DNA of 64,000 nucleotides from an uncultured Bacilli bacterium (GTDB lineage: Bacteria > Bacillota_I > Bacilli_A > RF39 > UBA660), in the NCBI GenBank assembly GCA_934090685.1, contig CAKOJN010000004.1:18243-82242 (forward strand). Direction: 5' to 3'. Numbering within the stretch: position 1 is the stretch's first letter; each line of letters begins with the position of its first letter. Below, piece after piece: positions 1-9,510 of the stretch. The position numbers and the translations under genes were made by a program. The notes under the pieces are model-generated. The model made no database searches and had not been told where the DNA came from. It saw only the letters and a list, made by a program, of their open reading frames with translations.

Positions 1-143
<143 letters not shown>

Positions 144-206
144 CTATTACTATTATATAACAATTTAATCATTTTATAAAGAAAAAACCATTACTTTAAG
201 TAATGA

Positions 207-983
207 TTATACTGATGAACCTCCACCATCAATAACTATAAATTGGCCCTGAACATAACTAGACGCATCACTTGATAAAAATAATATTGGTCCACTTACT
301 TCTCCTTCTTTTCCCGGTCTATTTGATGGATTCATTTTGTTATATGCATTTAAAAATTCTTCTGATTTGAATAATGTATCTTTAGTCATTCCTGTCTCAA
401 AAAGTCCTGGTCCTACTGCATTTACTGTAATGTTATATTTAGCATAACTACAAGCCATTCCTTTAGTAAGTCCGAGAACAGCTGCTTTTGATGCATTATA
501 TGAATGTCTAATAAATATATCTTCTTTGTCACCAACAATGGCATTTACTGATGCAACATTAACTACCTTTCCATAATTTTGTTTTTTCATAACAGGTATT
601 ACATACTTACTCATAAAGTACATCCCTTTAACATTAGTATTAAATGATTTATCCCAATCATCTTCACTTAATGTGTCTACTCCTCCAGATACTGCCACTC
701 CGGCATTGTTTAATAGAATATCTACTCTTCCAAAATTATTCATAACAGTTTCTACAGCTTTTTTAACACTTTCTTCTTTAGTAACATCACACTCAACTAA
801 TAATGTTTTAACATTGTATTTTTTTATTTCTGCTTCTACTTCTTTAAGTTTTTCTATGTTTCTTGCAAGTAATGCAACATTTGCTCCCATAGATGCATAT
901 GACAATGCAGCATGACGTCCTAATCCAGAACTTGCTCCTGTTACAATCGCATATTTTCCAGTTAAATCAAATAAATTTTTCAT
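207..983 (-). CDS. SDR family oxidoreductase (gluconate/ketoacyl reductase-like)
   Basis: TGASSGLG Rossmann motif, NNAG, catalytic YNASK; 258 aa classical SDR; GAAGG RBS. Confidence 0.85.
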   Translation of the reverse strand: MKNLFDLTGKYAIVTGASSGLGRHAALSYASMGANVALLARNIEKLKEVEAEIKKYNVKTLLVECDVTKEESVKKAVETVMNNFGRVDILLNNAGVAVSGGVDTLSEDDWDKSFNTNVKGMYFMSKYVIPVMKKQNYGKVVNVASVNAIVGDKEDIFIRHSYNASKAAVLGLTKGMACSYAKYNITVNAVGPGLFETGMTKDTLFKSEEFLNAYNKMNPSNRPGKEGEVSGPILFLSSDASSYVQGQFIVIDGGGSSV

Positions 984-1058
984 ATGTTTACCTTCTTTCT
1001 AATGTCATAATAATTATAGCAAATTTTATTTAAAAATAAAATAAATTATATAAAATTA

Positions 1059-1086
1059 TTGATAAAAAGAACAAGTATGATATAAT
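1059..1086 (+). promoter_or_regulatory. sigma-A type promoter (TTGATA, 16-nt spacer, TGnTATAAT) for the 26-codon micro-ORF
   Basis: TTGATA at 1059-1064; extended -10 TGATATAAT ending at 1086. Confidence 0.5.
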
Positions 1087-1107
1087 GTTATTGAGGAGAT
1101 GATTATA

Positions 1108-1188
1108 ATGAATAATCAATACTTAACATTCGGAAATTTATTTGCTAAAAGCAATGATGATGACGATGAAAAAATTGTTTTCAACTAA
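1108..1188 (+). CDS. 26-aa micro-ORF (MNNQYLTFGNLFAKSNDDDDEKIVFN)
   Basis: GAGGAG RBS 9 nt upstream of the ATG, its own promoter and its own terminator. Below the ORF-track length cutoff. Confidence 0.4.
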   Translation: MNNQYLTFGNLFAKSNDDDDEKIVFN

Positions 1189-1197
1189 AAAAATGAA

Positions 1198-1220
1198 GGA
1201 AGATATAAAATCTTCTTTTT
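1198..1220 (+). terminator. Rho-independent terminator after the micro-ORF
   Basis: GAAGAT / ATCTTC stem, 5-nt loop, T5 run. Confidence 0.6.
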
Positions 1221-1245
1221 AAATCGAAAAAATATAAAAAAAGAG

Positions 1246-1274
1246 TTGACAAAGCAATCTTTATAAAGTAAAAT
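1246..1274 (+). promoter_or_regulatory. sigma-A promoter of tRNA-Gly
   Basis: TTGACA (1246-1251), 17-nt spacer, TAAAAT (1269-1274), 16 nt before the tRNA 5' end. Confidence 0.65.
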
Positions 1275-1290
1275 TAATATTGCATTAAAC

Positions 1291-1364
1291 GCAGGTGTAG
1301 TTTAATGGTAGAACTTCAGCCTTCCAAGCTGCTAACGTGGGTCCGATTCCCATCACCTGCTCCA
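1291..1364 (+). tRNA. tRNA-Gly (anticodon UCC), CCA encoded
   Basis: Cloverleaf read by eye: acceptor GCAGGTG/CACCTGC, anticodon loop CTTCCAA, T-loop TCCGATTCC. Close to the Bacillus tRNA-Gly(UCC) sequence as I recall it. Confidence 0.9.
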
Positions 1365-1374
1365 AATTGCAATT

Positions 1375-1400
1375 AAGCCTTTATATTAAGGCTTTTTTTA
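1375..1400 (+). terminator. Rho-independent terminator of tRNA-Gly
   Basis: AAGCCTT / AAGGCTT stem, 6-nt loop, T7 run. Confidence 0.8.
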
Positions 1401-1495
1401 TTGGTTTTTTCTTGTTAATTATTGTTTTTTTGACTGGTTCATGGTAATTTTATGGTAATTTTTTCATACAAAAAGAGATGTCATCATCTCTTTTA

Positions 1496-2104
1496 TTATA
1501 TTGCAGATGCTTCTACTATTTTAAATGTAGCACTTTTCATAGCACTAAGTTTTTCATCAGCAACATATGTAAAAATTTCAAAGTCTTGTGTTTGTCCTGC
1601 GTTTAAATCATTAGCATAAACATAGTCATCTTCGATTCTTTTACCATCTTTATCTACTGCTTCTATATGAAATGTAAATGATTTTTTCTCTTTAGTAATA
1701 TTTTTAACAGATACCACTAATTTTGTATCAGTTAAGCCATATTGTCCTTCAACAACATCAAAATCGCCTAATTTAACTTCAACATCGTTTTTTAAAACTT
1801 CCTCAGTACTATTTCCACTCATCTTATCTAGTTCTTTACCTGCTTCATCAAAAGCATCAGAAATTGCACTTTGCATTACTAAAGTAATAACAATAGATAA
1901 AATTCCTAGAACAATTCCAGCTATTGCTTTGCCTTTACATGTTTTCTTTAACAATGGAATTAATCCGAAAACAAAAGCAAGAATCCCTAAAAAGAATGCA
2001 ACATTATTGATCAAAGGTATAAATGATAATACCATTCCAACAATTCCAATAACTAAACTAGCTGTTGCTAAACCACTGTTTTTGTGATTATCTTCTACTG
2101 ACAT
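1496..2104 (-). CDS. membrane protein: N-terminal two-TM (DUF4190-like) region plus beta-rich extracellular domain
   Basis: AAAGGAG RBS. There are two hydrophobic helices in residues 10-80. The C-terminal ~100 aa alternate in a beta-strand-like pattern. Confidence 0.6.
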   Translation of the reverse strand: MSVEDNHKNSGLATASLVIGIVGMVLSFIPLINNVAFFLGILAFVFGLIPLLKKTCKGKAIAGIVLGILSIVITLVMQSAISDAFDEAGKELDKMSGNSTEEVLKNDVEVKLGDFDVVEGQYGLTDTKLVVSVKNITKEKKSFTFHIEAVDKDGKRIEDDYVYANDLNAGQTQDFEIFTYVADEKLSAMKSATFKIVEASAI

Positions 2105-2221
2105 ACCCTACTACTCCTTTCTACAATCATTATATCACAACTTACTCGAATAGTGTAAGTATAATTTATAAAAAAAATGAGAAAATATTATTAGTGGTAG
2201 TTGAAAGATATGGTGGTTTTT

Positions 2222-2461
2222 ATGTTTGACAAAAATAATGAAAATTATGTGTATGAACTTGTTAGCAAAAATATAAAAAAAATTCGTAAGGAAAAAGGTC
2301 TTACGCAAGAACAACTTGCTAACAAAATGCAATATTCAACTCAGTTCATATCAAATATAGAAAGTAAAAATCATCAAACATTTTCACTAGGTACTTTATG
2401 GAGATTATCTTTAGTATTAAGTATTGATATTAAAGATTTATTTACTGAAGAAGATAAATAG
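2222..2461 (+). CDS. XRE-family helix-turn-helix transcriptional regulator
   Basis: IKKIRKEKGLTQEQLANKMQYSTQFISNIE is a typical HTH_3 motif. The ORF is open from TTG 2201; ATG 2222 follows a GGTGG RBS. Confidence 0.75.
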   Translation: MFDKNNENYVYELVSKNIKKIRKEKGLTQEQLANKMQYSTQFISNIESKNHQTFSLGTLWRLSLVLSIDIKDLFTEEDK

Positions 2462-2488
2462 GAATTATAGTAAGATTAAAAGTCATCA

Positions 2489-3463
2489 TTAACGATGACT
2501 TTTCTTTGTTTTATAATAATTTAACTTATCTTTCATAATCTTTTCTTTATTTTTACCATTTTGTTTATTCTTTAATTTTTTATATCTATTTAACTCATCA
2601 ATAGATATTATGTCTTTATCAACTGCATCTAAAACTGCACATCCATATTTATTTTCATGTGTACAAGTTGTGAATTTACATTGAGATTCTAACTTTTTAA
2701 TTTTATTAAATACTATATCTAATCCATCATTTTCTTCACTCAAAGCAACACTTCTTATACCAGGTTCATCTATAACTACTCTTGTATCTTTCAAAATATA
2801 AAGATTTCTGCTTGTGGTAGTATGCTTACCCTTATCATCACATAATCTAATTTCATTTGTTTTAATAATGTCATCTTCAAGTAAATAGTTAATTAAAGTA
2901 GATTTACCAACACCACTACTTCCGATAAAAACTGCAGTTTCATTTTCTTTCCATATAGTTTTTAATTTATCAATACCAGTTTTATCAAATGTACTTATGA
3001 CGAATACTGGATAATCAGGAAATCTTTCTTTTATTAAATATTCATACACTTCTATTTCACTTTCAGTGCATAAATCTGCTTTAGTAAGTAAAAAGGCAAC
3101 TTTAGATTTTGACTCAGTACCTACTAGTGCCAAACGCTCTAACTTTGCAATATTAAAATCATTATTCAAACTAGTTACTACAAAAACAACATCAATATTC
3201 GCAGCAAGTACTTGTTTTTTTCCTTTTTTATAATTTTCATTAGTTCTATCTACGGATACCTTTGATATACAGTTTTTTCTATTACAAATATTTTTAATTA
3301 TACAGTTTTCATATTTATCAATTGATATATCTACATAATCTCCAACTGATGGTAAAAAATTATTTTCATAACTATTATTTACTATTCCTTGATAAGTTCT
3401 ATTGTTGTATAAAACTATCCAATTAGTTTTATTTACACTTATAATTCTTCCTATATTATTCAT
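2489..3463 (-). CDS. rsgA: ribosome small-subunit-dependent GTPase A
   Basis: Circularly permuted GTPase: TKADL (G4) comes before GSSGVGKSTLIN (G1). C-terminal Zn knuckle CKFTTCTHENKYGCAV. Confidence 0.9.
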   Translation of the reverse strand: MNNIGRIISVNKTNWIVLYNNRTYQGIVNNSYENNFLPSVGDYVDISIDKYENCIIKNICNRKNCISKVSVDRTNENYKKGKKQVLAANIDVVFVVTSLNNDFNIAKLERLALVGTESKSKVAFLLTKADLCTESEIEVYEYLIKERFPDYPVFVISTFDKTGIDKLKTIWKENETAVFIGSSGVGKSTLINYLLEDDIIKTNEIRLCDDKGKHTTTSRNLYILKDTRVVIDEPGIRSVALSEENDGLDIVFNKIKKLESQCKFTTCTHENKYGCAVLDAVDKDIISIDELNRYKKLKNKQNGKNKEKIMKDKLNYYKTKKSHR

Positions 3464-3608
3464 AATCCCTTTCCGTTATTATGAATAAATCATAATAACT
3501 ATTTATTTAATATTCCCTTTACTAAATTATTTACAATCATCCTACAACACCTCTTTTCGAGTATATTTTACAATATTTATCAAATAAAAAACAAGTGTTT
3601 ATAACTTG

Positions 3609-3932
3609 TTAATTTTCATTCTTATTCATCCTATCATATTGTTTATATAAATATTGAACACCATTTTCAAGATAATAATAGTGAACTATATAGAATATTA
3701 AACAAATTAATAATACTATTGTTATAAATATAAAACTACAATAATATTTTGAAATTAAAATACTAACTAAAGTCAATAATGCAAAAGATAAAGTCACTAT
3801 TAAATGTATTAATCTTTCGTGTTGAAAAAAGTTTATTTTTACTAAATGTTCCTCTTTTAAAGATTTACTATTTTTATTATTTTCTAATTTATTATCTATC
3901 TCTTTAATATAATCATATAAATATTTTTTCAC
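3609..3932 (-). CDS. small membrane protein, unknown function
   Basis: GTG start 5 nt after an AGGAGG RBS; two TM helices. Confidence 0.5.
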   Translation of the reverse strand: MKKYLYDYIKEIDNKLENNKNSKSLKEEHLVKINFFQHERLIHLIVTLSFALLTLVSILISKYYCSFIFITIVLLICLIFYIVHYYYLENGVQYLYKQYDRMNKNEN

Positions 3933-3941
3933 AATTTCCTC

Positions 3942-4469
3942 CTATTTAATTAAATTTACTAAATTATGTGTCAATACATCAACTAGCAATAAGAATGCGG
4001 GTATAATACAAAATGAATAATACACATACTTATTAACCTTATTTTTAAATTTGTCTAATAAAGGATTAACAATTCTCACTAAGAATACACCCGATATTCC
4101 AAAAAATAAAATTGATCTTAAACATATAAATCCATTTATATTTCCAAAATTTAATATTTCATTATTATAATCCCATAATCTTAAACCAAAATATTCTAAA
4201 AATATAAACCCACATATGTATTCTAAAACTCCACAGACTAACATACTTCTTAAAAATATTTCAAAACTATTGTTACTATCCTTAACATATATTAAAGTTA
4301 TTAATAGACCTCCAAAAGAATATATTGGTAACCAAGGTCCTAACGTATCACCTCTTTTAACAAAGTAACCTAAATCAATTCTATAAAATATAGTTTCATA
4401 AATAAAACCGAAAATTCCACTAATTACCATTATTAAAAGCATTTTTAAAATTTTATCTTTTTTATTCAT
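3942..4469 (-). CDS. putative ABC-transporter type IV (PF06541-like) membrane protein
   Basis: N-terminal GIFGFIYETIFY motif and a 4-5 TM profile typical of that family. Confidence 0.55.
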   Translation of the reverse strand: MNKKDKILKMLLIMVISGIFGFIYETIFYRIDLGYFVKRGDTLGPWLPIYSFGGLLITLIYVKDSNNSFEIFLRSMLVCGVLEYICGFIFLEYFGLRLWDYNNEILNFGNINGFICLRSILFFGISGVFLVRIVNPLLDKFKNKVNKYVYYSFCIIPAFLLLVDVLTHNLVNLIK

Positions 4470-4566
4470 GTTATCAACTACTCTCTATTTAATTATATCT
4501 AAAAATTATAAAATTGACAATTCTAAATAGTGTGCTATAATATTTAGAAACACAAAGGAGGTTTTT

Positions 4567-4875
4567 ATGCCAAAAAAGACTATTAAATTAAATAATGAAG
4601 CTAAATTAGTTTTAGAAAGTTCTTATAATGAAGTAAATGATGCAATAATAAAAGCAATGATAAGTTATAAATCACATGAACAATATGATTTAGGTTATGT
4701 TGTAACAAAATCATACTCTAATATGTGCGAAACTGGTTATTTCTGTTGGGATGATCAAAATGTATATTTATGTGATGATTGTGACAATTGTTATCAAATA
4801 TTCAATTTTATAGAAAAACAATACATAAAAGATGAGCATTTATCTCAATATACTTATAAAAGAAGATTTAAATAA
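4567..4875 (+). CDS. hypothetical Cys-rich protein
   Basis: AAAGGAGG RBS; CETGYFCWDDQNVYLCDDCDNC cluster; no family recognised. Confidence 0.5.
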   Translation: MPKKTIKLNNEAKLVLESSYNEVNDAIIKAMISYKSHEQYDLGYVVTKSYSNMCETGYFCWDDQNVYLCDDCDNCYQIFNFIEKQYIKDEHLSQYTYKRRFK

Positions 4876-4903
4876 AAAATTAAGTTCGAGGACTTAATTT
4901 TTT

Positions 4904-5185
4904 TTAACTTATATTTGACCATATTAATTTTTTATTAAACAACCAGAATTCACTTCCATAAATTGTCTTAGTATCTAAACTACCCTTAGTTTGTGGACTA
5001 TTTGTCAAATATCTCATTGAATAAAATATACCATCATACCTAACATATTTTTCAGTATACTCCTCATGTATCGTTATTATCGGTTTGGTATTATATTGTT
5101 CTTCTTTTAATCTAGATGAATCCATAACTATCAAAATAACGATAACAAATACTGCAATCAAAAATACTTCTAAAAATCTTTTCAT
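4904..5185 (-). CDS. hypothetical membrane-anchored protein
   Basis: ATG at 5185 follows GGTGA (ORF open to 5197); a single N-terminal TM helix. Confidence 0.45.
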   Translation of the reverse strand: MKRFLEVFLIAVFVIVILIVMDSSRLKEEQYNTKPIITIHEEYTEKYVRYDGIFYSMRYLTNSPQTKGSLDTKTIYGSEFWLFNKKLIWSNIS

Positions 5186-5256
5186 ACTATTCACCATTCT
5201 AATTTTATCATAAATATTTATAAAACAACGTAATTATAACATTTTTTACAATTTGT

Positions 5257-5559
5257 TTACTTATCAATATTATCAACAAAAGATTCTGCTACTGAATCAA
5301 CAAGTTCATCAAATGTTTTTTCTTTTAATTTTGATTTATCATACTTTGTTTTCTTAGTATCTTTTAAACCATCTTCTTTTTTAATGGTTTTATAAGATAA
5401 ACCAGTCCCAGGAAGAGAAAGCGTTTTTTCTGTTTTTCCTTTTGCAGTTTTTCCTATTCTAAAACCTTTAACACCAAAACTATATCCAATTCCTGATTTA
5501 CTTAAATTAATTTTAAAATGTTTTCCAATATTAAATGACTTTTTAAATCTAAATCCCAT
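5257..5559 (-). CDS. DUF4236 domain protein
   Basis: MGFRFKKSFNIGKHFKINLSKSGIGYSFGVKGFRIG is the characteristic DUF4236 N-terminus. Confidence 0.65.
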   Translation of the reverse strand: MGFRFKKSFNIGKHFKINLSKSGIGYSFGVKGFRIGKTAKGKTEKTLSLPGTGLSYKTIKKEDGLKDTKKTKYDKSKLKEKTFDELVDSVAESFVDNIDK

Positions 5560-5568
5560 AATTCTCTC

Positions 5569-6003
5569 CTACTTATTCTTTAATAAATCTCTTATTTCAG
5601 TTAGTAAAATTGTCTCATCACTTTTTACTTTTTCTTCTTTTTTAGTTTCTTCTTTATAATGTTCTAACTTATTAAGTAATTTAACAAATATAAATACACA
5701 AAATGCAATTATTAAAAAGTTTATTATATTTTGTATAAACATACCATATTTAATAGTTGATTGTCCTATTTTAATAGATAGTTCACTAAAATCATAGCCT
5801 CCTATGACAACACCAATTAAAGGCATTAATATATCATCTACTAAAGATGAAACTATACTACTAAAAGCACTACCAATAATTACACCTACTGCTAAATCTA
5901 TGACATTACCTCTTTTAATAAAAGTTTTAAATTCATCAATCAATCCTTTAGATTTACCACTAACCTCTTTTAATTTTTCATTATTAATTTTAATTTTTTT
6001 CAT
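5569..6003 (-). CDS. mscL: large-conductance mechanosensitive channel
   Basis: FKTFIKRGNVIDLAVGVIIGSAF...DILMPLIG is the canonical MscL TM1 and loop. Confidence 0.9.
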   Translation of the reverse strand: MKKIKINNEKLKEVSGKSKGLIDEFKTFIKRGNVIDLAVGVIIGSAFSSIVSSLVDDILMPLIGVVIGGYDFSELSIKIGQSTIKYGMFIQNIINFLIIAFCVFIFVKLLNKLEHYKEETKKEEKVKSDETILLTEIRDLLKNK

Positions 6004-6048
6004 ACTACCACCAAATCAATTATATCAAATATTTAAATTTAATTATAG

Positions 6049-6888
6049 TTAAATTAGCAATATTGATGTACCAATAACTATTAATACTAAACCTATGATA
6101 GATTTTTTTGTCATTTTTTCTTTCAACATTATATAAGACATACCAATACTTACAACAACACTTAATTTTTCTATTGGAAATACCATACTTGCTTGTCCAT
6201 TTTTAAGTGCATGAAAATAACATACCCACGATAAACTTGTAGTGATACCTGATAATATTAAATAAATCCAAGTTTGTTTCTTAATATTTTTAATTTTCTT
6301 TGGTTTATTTTTAATAAATGCATGAATCCATATAAGTATAAATACAACTAATGTTCTATAAAAATTACCTAAATTAGGATTTATATCTCTTAATCCAATT
6401 TTACTTATTATAGCAGACACACTTGTAAAAATTGCAGTTAGTATAGCATATTTTAACCATTTTTTATTATTAGAATGTTCAGATTTATTAACCATTAAAA
6501 AAGTACCCATTATTATCAAAATACTAGATATGATTTTTATAATAGTTATTTTCTCATTTAAAAATATACTTGATAAAATTAATGTAATAACTATACTAGT
6601 TTTATCAACTGGTGTTACTTCATTTACATTACCAAAATCAAGTGCTTTAAAATAATTTATCCATAATAAAGATGTAGATATTCCAGATAATATAAGATAT
6701 ACAATAGTTTTACTATTTATTTTTTCAAATGAATTAAAGAGTATAACTATCAAAAAGGATATTATTAAAATAACAGCTGTTCTTATCGATGTTGATAATA
6801 AAGAATCTATATTTTTAACACCTTTTTTTGCAAAAATAGTTGTTAATCCAGAAAACACCGCTGCTAAAAGTGCAAATAAAATCCACAT
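6049..6888 (-). CDS. EamA/DMT family transporter
   Basis: 10-TM profile made of two EamA-like halves; AGGTGA RBS. Confidence 0.75.
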   Translation of the reverse strand: MWILFALLAAVFSGLTTIFAKKGVKNIDSLLSTSIRTAVILIISFLIVILFNSFEKINSKTIVYLILSGISTSLLWINYFKALDFGNVNEVTPVDKTSIVITLILSSIFLNEKITIIKIISSILIIMGTFLMVNKSEHSNNKKWLKYAILTAIFTSVSAIISKIGLRDINPNLGNFYRTLVVFILIWIHAFIKNKPKKIKNIKKQTWIYLILSGITTSLSWVCYFHALKNGQASMVFPIEKLSVVVSIGMSYIMLKEKMTKKSIIGLVLIVIGTSILLI

Positions 6889-6996
6889 ATAATCACCTAT
6901 ATTAGTATGCTTAATTTACTAATAATTTACACGTCAAACTAGATTATTAATAAAATAAATAAATATAATGATATAATTAAGTAAATGGAGGTTTTT

Positions 6997-8355
6997 ATGT
7001 TAAAATACGAAAGTGATTCAAGAAAAGTACAAAAAGGACAAATTTTTGTTGCATTGAAAGGTTTAACAGTTGATGGTCATGATTATATTCCATCAGCAAT
7101 AAAAAATGGTGCTAGTAAAATAATTTGTGATAGAAAAATAGATTTTGATATTCCTTATGAAATAGTTCCAGACACAGATAAATATTTAAAAGATATATTA
7201 AAGAAAGAATATGGAGATAAATTAAGTAAATTAAAACTAATTGGTGTTACTGGTACAAATGGTAAAACAACTAGTTGCTATTTAACTTATCAAATGTTAA
7301 ATGAATTGGGTTTAAATTGTGCATATATAGGTACAATTGGATATTATTATAAAGATGATTTTATTTCTCTTAATAATACTACACCTGATGTATTAACTTT
7401 ATATAATCTTTTAGTTAATGCTTATGAAAGTGGCGCAAAATGTGTAGTTATGGAAGTTAGTTCACAAGCATTATCATATGATAGATTATCAGGAATTGAT
7501 TTTTCTTTAATAGCGTATACAAATTTAACAGAAGATCATTTAGATTATCATAAAACTATGAAAAATTATCTAAATGCTAAATTATTAATATTACAACATT
7601 TAAGAGATAATGCTAAAATAATAGTTAATAAAGATGATGAATATTCTAAATATTTTAGTAAAGATGGTCATAATAGATATACTATTGGTAATGATGGTGA
7701 TTACAACATTAAGGAATATGAGACATTTCCTAATAAAACAAGTATAACATTTGAATATAATAATAAAGAATATACTGTTTCAATACCATTAACAAGTAAA
7801 TTTAATATATATAACTACTTAACATGCTTAGCTATATGTAATCAATTAGATTATTCAATAGAAGAAATAATTAAAAAAACTCCTATGTTAAAGGCACCTA
7901 AAGGAAGATGTGAAGTATATGAAGTTAATAATGGATTTGCTGTTATTGATTATGCACATACACCTGATGCTGAAGAAAAAGTAATAAATGCTTATTCAGA
8001 ATTAAAGAAAAATAGAGTTATTACTATTATAGGTTGCGGTGGCGATAGAGATCCTAAGAAAAGACCAATAATGGGTAAAATTGCTACAGATCTCTCTGAT
8101 CATGTTATTTTTACAAATGATAATCCAAGAACTGAAAAACCAGAAAATATTATGAAAGATATTTTAGATGGAGTTACAAAAGATAATTATGAAGTTATAT
8201 TGGATAGAAAAGAAGCAATTAAAAAAGGAATCGATATAATGAATAAAGATGATATCTTGCTAATATTAGGTAAAGGTCACGAAGATTATCAAATAATCGG
8301 TAAGACAAAATATCATTTAGATGATGTAGAAGAAGTATTAAACTATAAAAAGTAA
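6997..8355 (+). CDS. murE: UDP-N-acetylmuramoyl-L-alanyl-D-glutamate--2,6-diaminopimelate ligase
   Basis: GVTGTNGKTT P-loop and a Mur ligase C domain. A DNPR motif (TNDNPRTE) is present, which is associated with meso-DAP specificity. ATG 6997 follows GGAGG; the track start at 6985 lies inside that RBS. Confidence 0.9.
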   Translation: MLKYESDSRKVQKGQIFVALKGLTVDGHDYIPSAIKNGASKIICDRKIDFDIPYEIVPDTDKYLKDILKKEYGDKLSKLKLIGVTGTNGKTTSCYLTYQMLNELGLNCAYIGTIGYYYKDDFISLNNTTPDVLTLYNLLVNAYESGAKCVVMEVSSQALSYDRLSGIDFSLIAYTNLTEDHLDYHKTMKNYLNAKLLILQHLRDNAKIIVNKDDEYSKYFSKDGHNRYTIGNDGDYNIKEYETFPNKTSITFEYNNKEYTVSIPLTSKFNIYNYLTCLAICNQLDYSIEEIIKKTPMLKAPKGRCEVYEVNNGFAVIDYAHTPDAEEKVINAYSELKKNRVITIIGCGGDRDPKKRPIMGKIATDLSDHVIFTNDNPRTEKPENIMKDILDGVTKDNYEVILDRKEAIKKGIDIMNKDDILLILGKGHEDYQIIGKTKYHLDDVEEVLNYKK

Positions 8356-8373
8356 TACTTCTTTTTATTATAA

Positions 8374-8399
8374 AAGAACACATTGAGTCATGTGTTCTT
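8374..8399 (+). terminator. stem-loop downstream of murE (probable terminator)
   Basis: 10-bp perfect stem AAGAACACAT / ATGTGTTCTT with a 6-nt loop; no clean T-run. Confidence 0.45.
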
Positions 8400-8619
8400 A
8401 AAAGTTTATTATAAGCAGTAAGGTAGGAATATTTACATATATTCACATTTATTTATTTAATTTTAGTAAAGTGTTTTCATGTTCACATTTTATTTTCTAT
8501 AAGCATCTCTCCTTTCATATTTATAAGTATAGACTCCAATTGTTAAAATTTTGTGAACAAAAAGTCAAATTAAAGAAAAAATTAAAAAATTTATGGTATA
8601 ATTTATAGTAGGTGGTAGC

Positions 8620-9510
8620 ATGAATAAAAAAGTAAAATATTTCTTAGGAGTTTTATGTACTCTATTATTTGGAGCGTTATTTTTATTAAATCTAGATAAT
8701 ATCAAAGCAGATAGTGGATGGGATGTAGACTTTGATACAGGAGGTTCTAGTTGGAGTGGAGGTTCTGACTGGGGTGGTTCTAGTTGGAGCAGTTCTGATT
8801 GGGATTCAGATTATTCCTATAGTGGAAGTAGTAGTTCTGGTAGTTTTTCTAGTTTTGGATTCGTAGTATTTATAATTATCGTTGTTATTATAATCTACTA
8901 TTTAAAATATAACAATGTCACGACAACAAGCAAATATATTCCTGAATATAAATATAGTCCAATTGATGAAGAATACATTAAGAAATATATTGATGACTTT
9001 AATAAGCAAAAATTCTTAGATGATGCATATCAAATATATTTAGATACACAAAAAGCATGGAGTAACTTTGATACTAAAGCATTAAGAAATTTATTAACTG
9101 ATGAACTTTTCAATACATATAATATGCAATTAAAAGCATTAAAAGCTAAAAAACAAAAAAATATAATGAGTGATTTTGCACTAGAAAAAATAGATACAAC
9201 TGCAATTAATGTATCAAATAATCAAATTACTATGAAAGTAGTATTAGAAGTTAGTTTCTTCGATTATGTTGTCGATATAAGCAATAATGTCTTAAGAGGA
9301 AATAAAAATCATAAAGTATCAGTGACATATGAATTAACATTCGTAAGTACTATAAATAAAAAAGAAACTAAAAATTGTCCAAGTTGTGGTGCTCCAATAA
9401 ATAAGAATTCAGCATCAAATGTTTGTGAATACTGTAATAGTACACTAGTTAAAAATACTTATAGTTGGGTACTTGCTAAAAAAGAAAATAAAAGACAGGA
9501 GTTTAAATGA
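8620..9510 (+). CDS. Tim44-like domain membrane protein with C-terminal zinc ribbon
   Basis: Signal/TM segment, G/S/W/D low-complexity region, second TM, Tim44-like (NTF2-like) core FLDDAYQIYLDTQKAWSNFD, and a CPSCGAP...CEYC ribbon. Confidence 0.65.
   Translation: MNKKVKYFLGVLCTLLFGALFLLNLDNIKADSGWDVDFDTGGSSWSGGSDWGGSSWSSSDWDSDYSYSGSSSSGSFSSFGFVVFIIIVVIIIYYLKYNNVTTTSKYIPEYKYSPIDEEYIKKYIDDFNKQKFLDDAYQIYLDTQKAWSNFDTKALRNLLTDELFNTYNMQLKALKAKKQKNIMSDFALEKIDTTAINVSNNQITMKVVLEVSFFDYVVDISNNVLRGNKNHKVSVTYELTFVSTINKKETKNCPSCGAPINKNSASNVCEYCNSTLVKNTYSWVLAKKENKRQEFK

Noticed and set aside
673-915. Antisense or nested ORFs in the track lying inside strong-homology genes. Examples: 673-915, 5804-6052, 11877-12059, 12736-12963, 14632-14874, 15425-15628, 18310-18528, 20121-20672, 22693-22947, 23925-24200, 24681-25115, 26833-27036, 28965-29210, 31491-31796, 37216-37404, 38184-38477, 47995-48261, 50962-51252, 56682-56945, 58625-59200 and 62977-63946.
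   Set aside because: Each lies opposite or inside a gene with clear family motifs and lacks an RBS. Each translates to low-complexity Ile/Leu/Phe/Ser-rich strings, as expected from the antisense strand of AT-rich coding DNA.
1291-1364. Solitary tRNA genes (Gly, Asn, Trp) considered as integration hotspots for mobile elements.
   Set aside because: There is no integrase, no duplicated tRNA 3' end and no flanking direct repeat next to any of the three. Neighbouring genes are ordinary.
1496-2461. Divergent XRE regulator and membrane protein considered as a toxin-antitoxin or abortive-infection pair.
   Set aside because: No toxin-family motif is visible, and the arrangement is common for ordinary XRE-regulated genes. 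There is nothing in the sequence to support the idea.
6985-6996. Longest-ORF start codons given in the track. Examples: 6985, 12941, 16861, 20881, 22171, 26353, 33267, 43461, 44529, 45604, 47378, 49706, 50183, 53941, 55596, 59616, 59727 and 63719.
   Set aside because: In each case a downstream ATG sits 5-10 nt after a GGAGG or GGTGA-type RBS. The upstream codon lacks one, lies inside the RBS, or overlaps the preceding gene extensively. RBS-supported starts were used instead.
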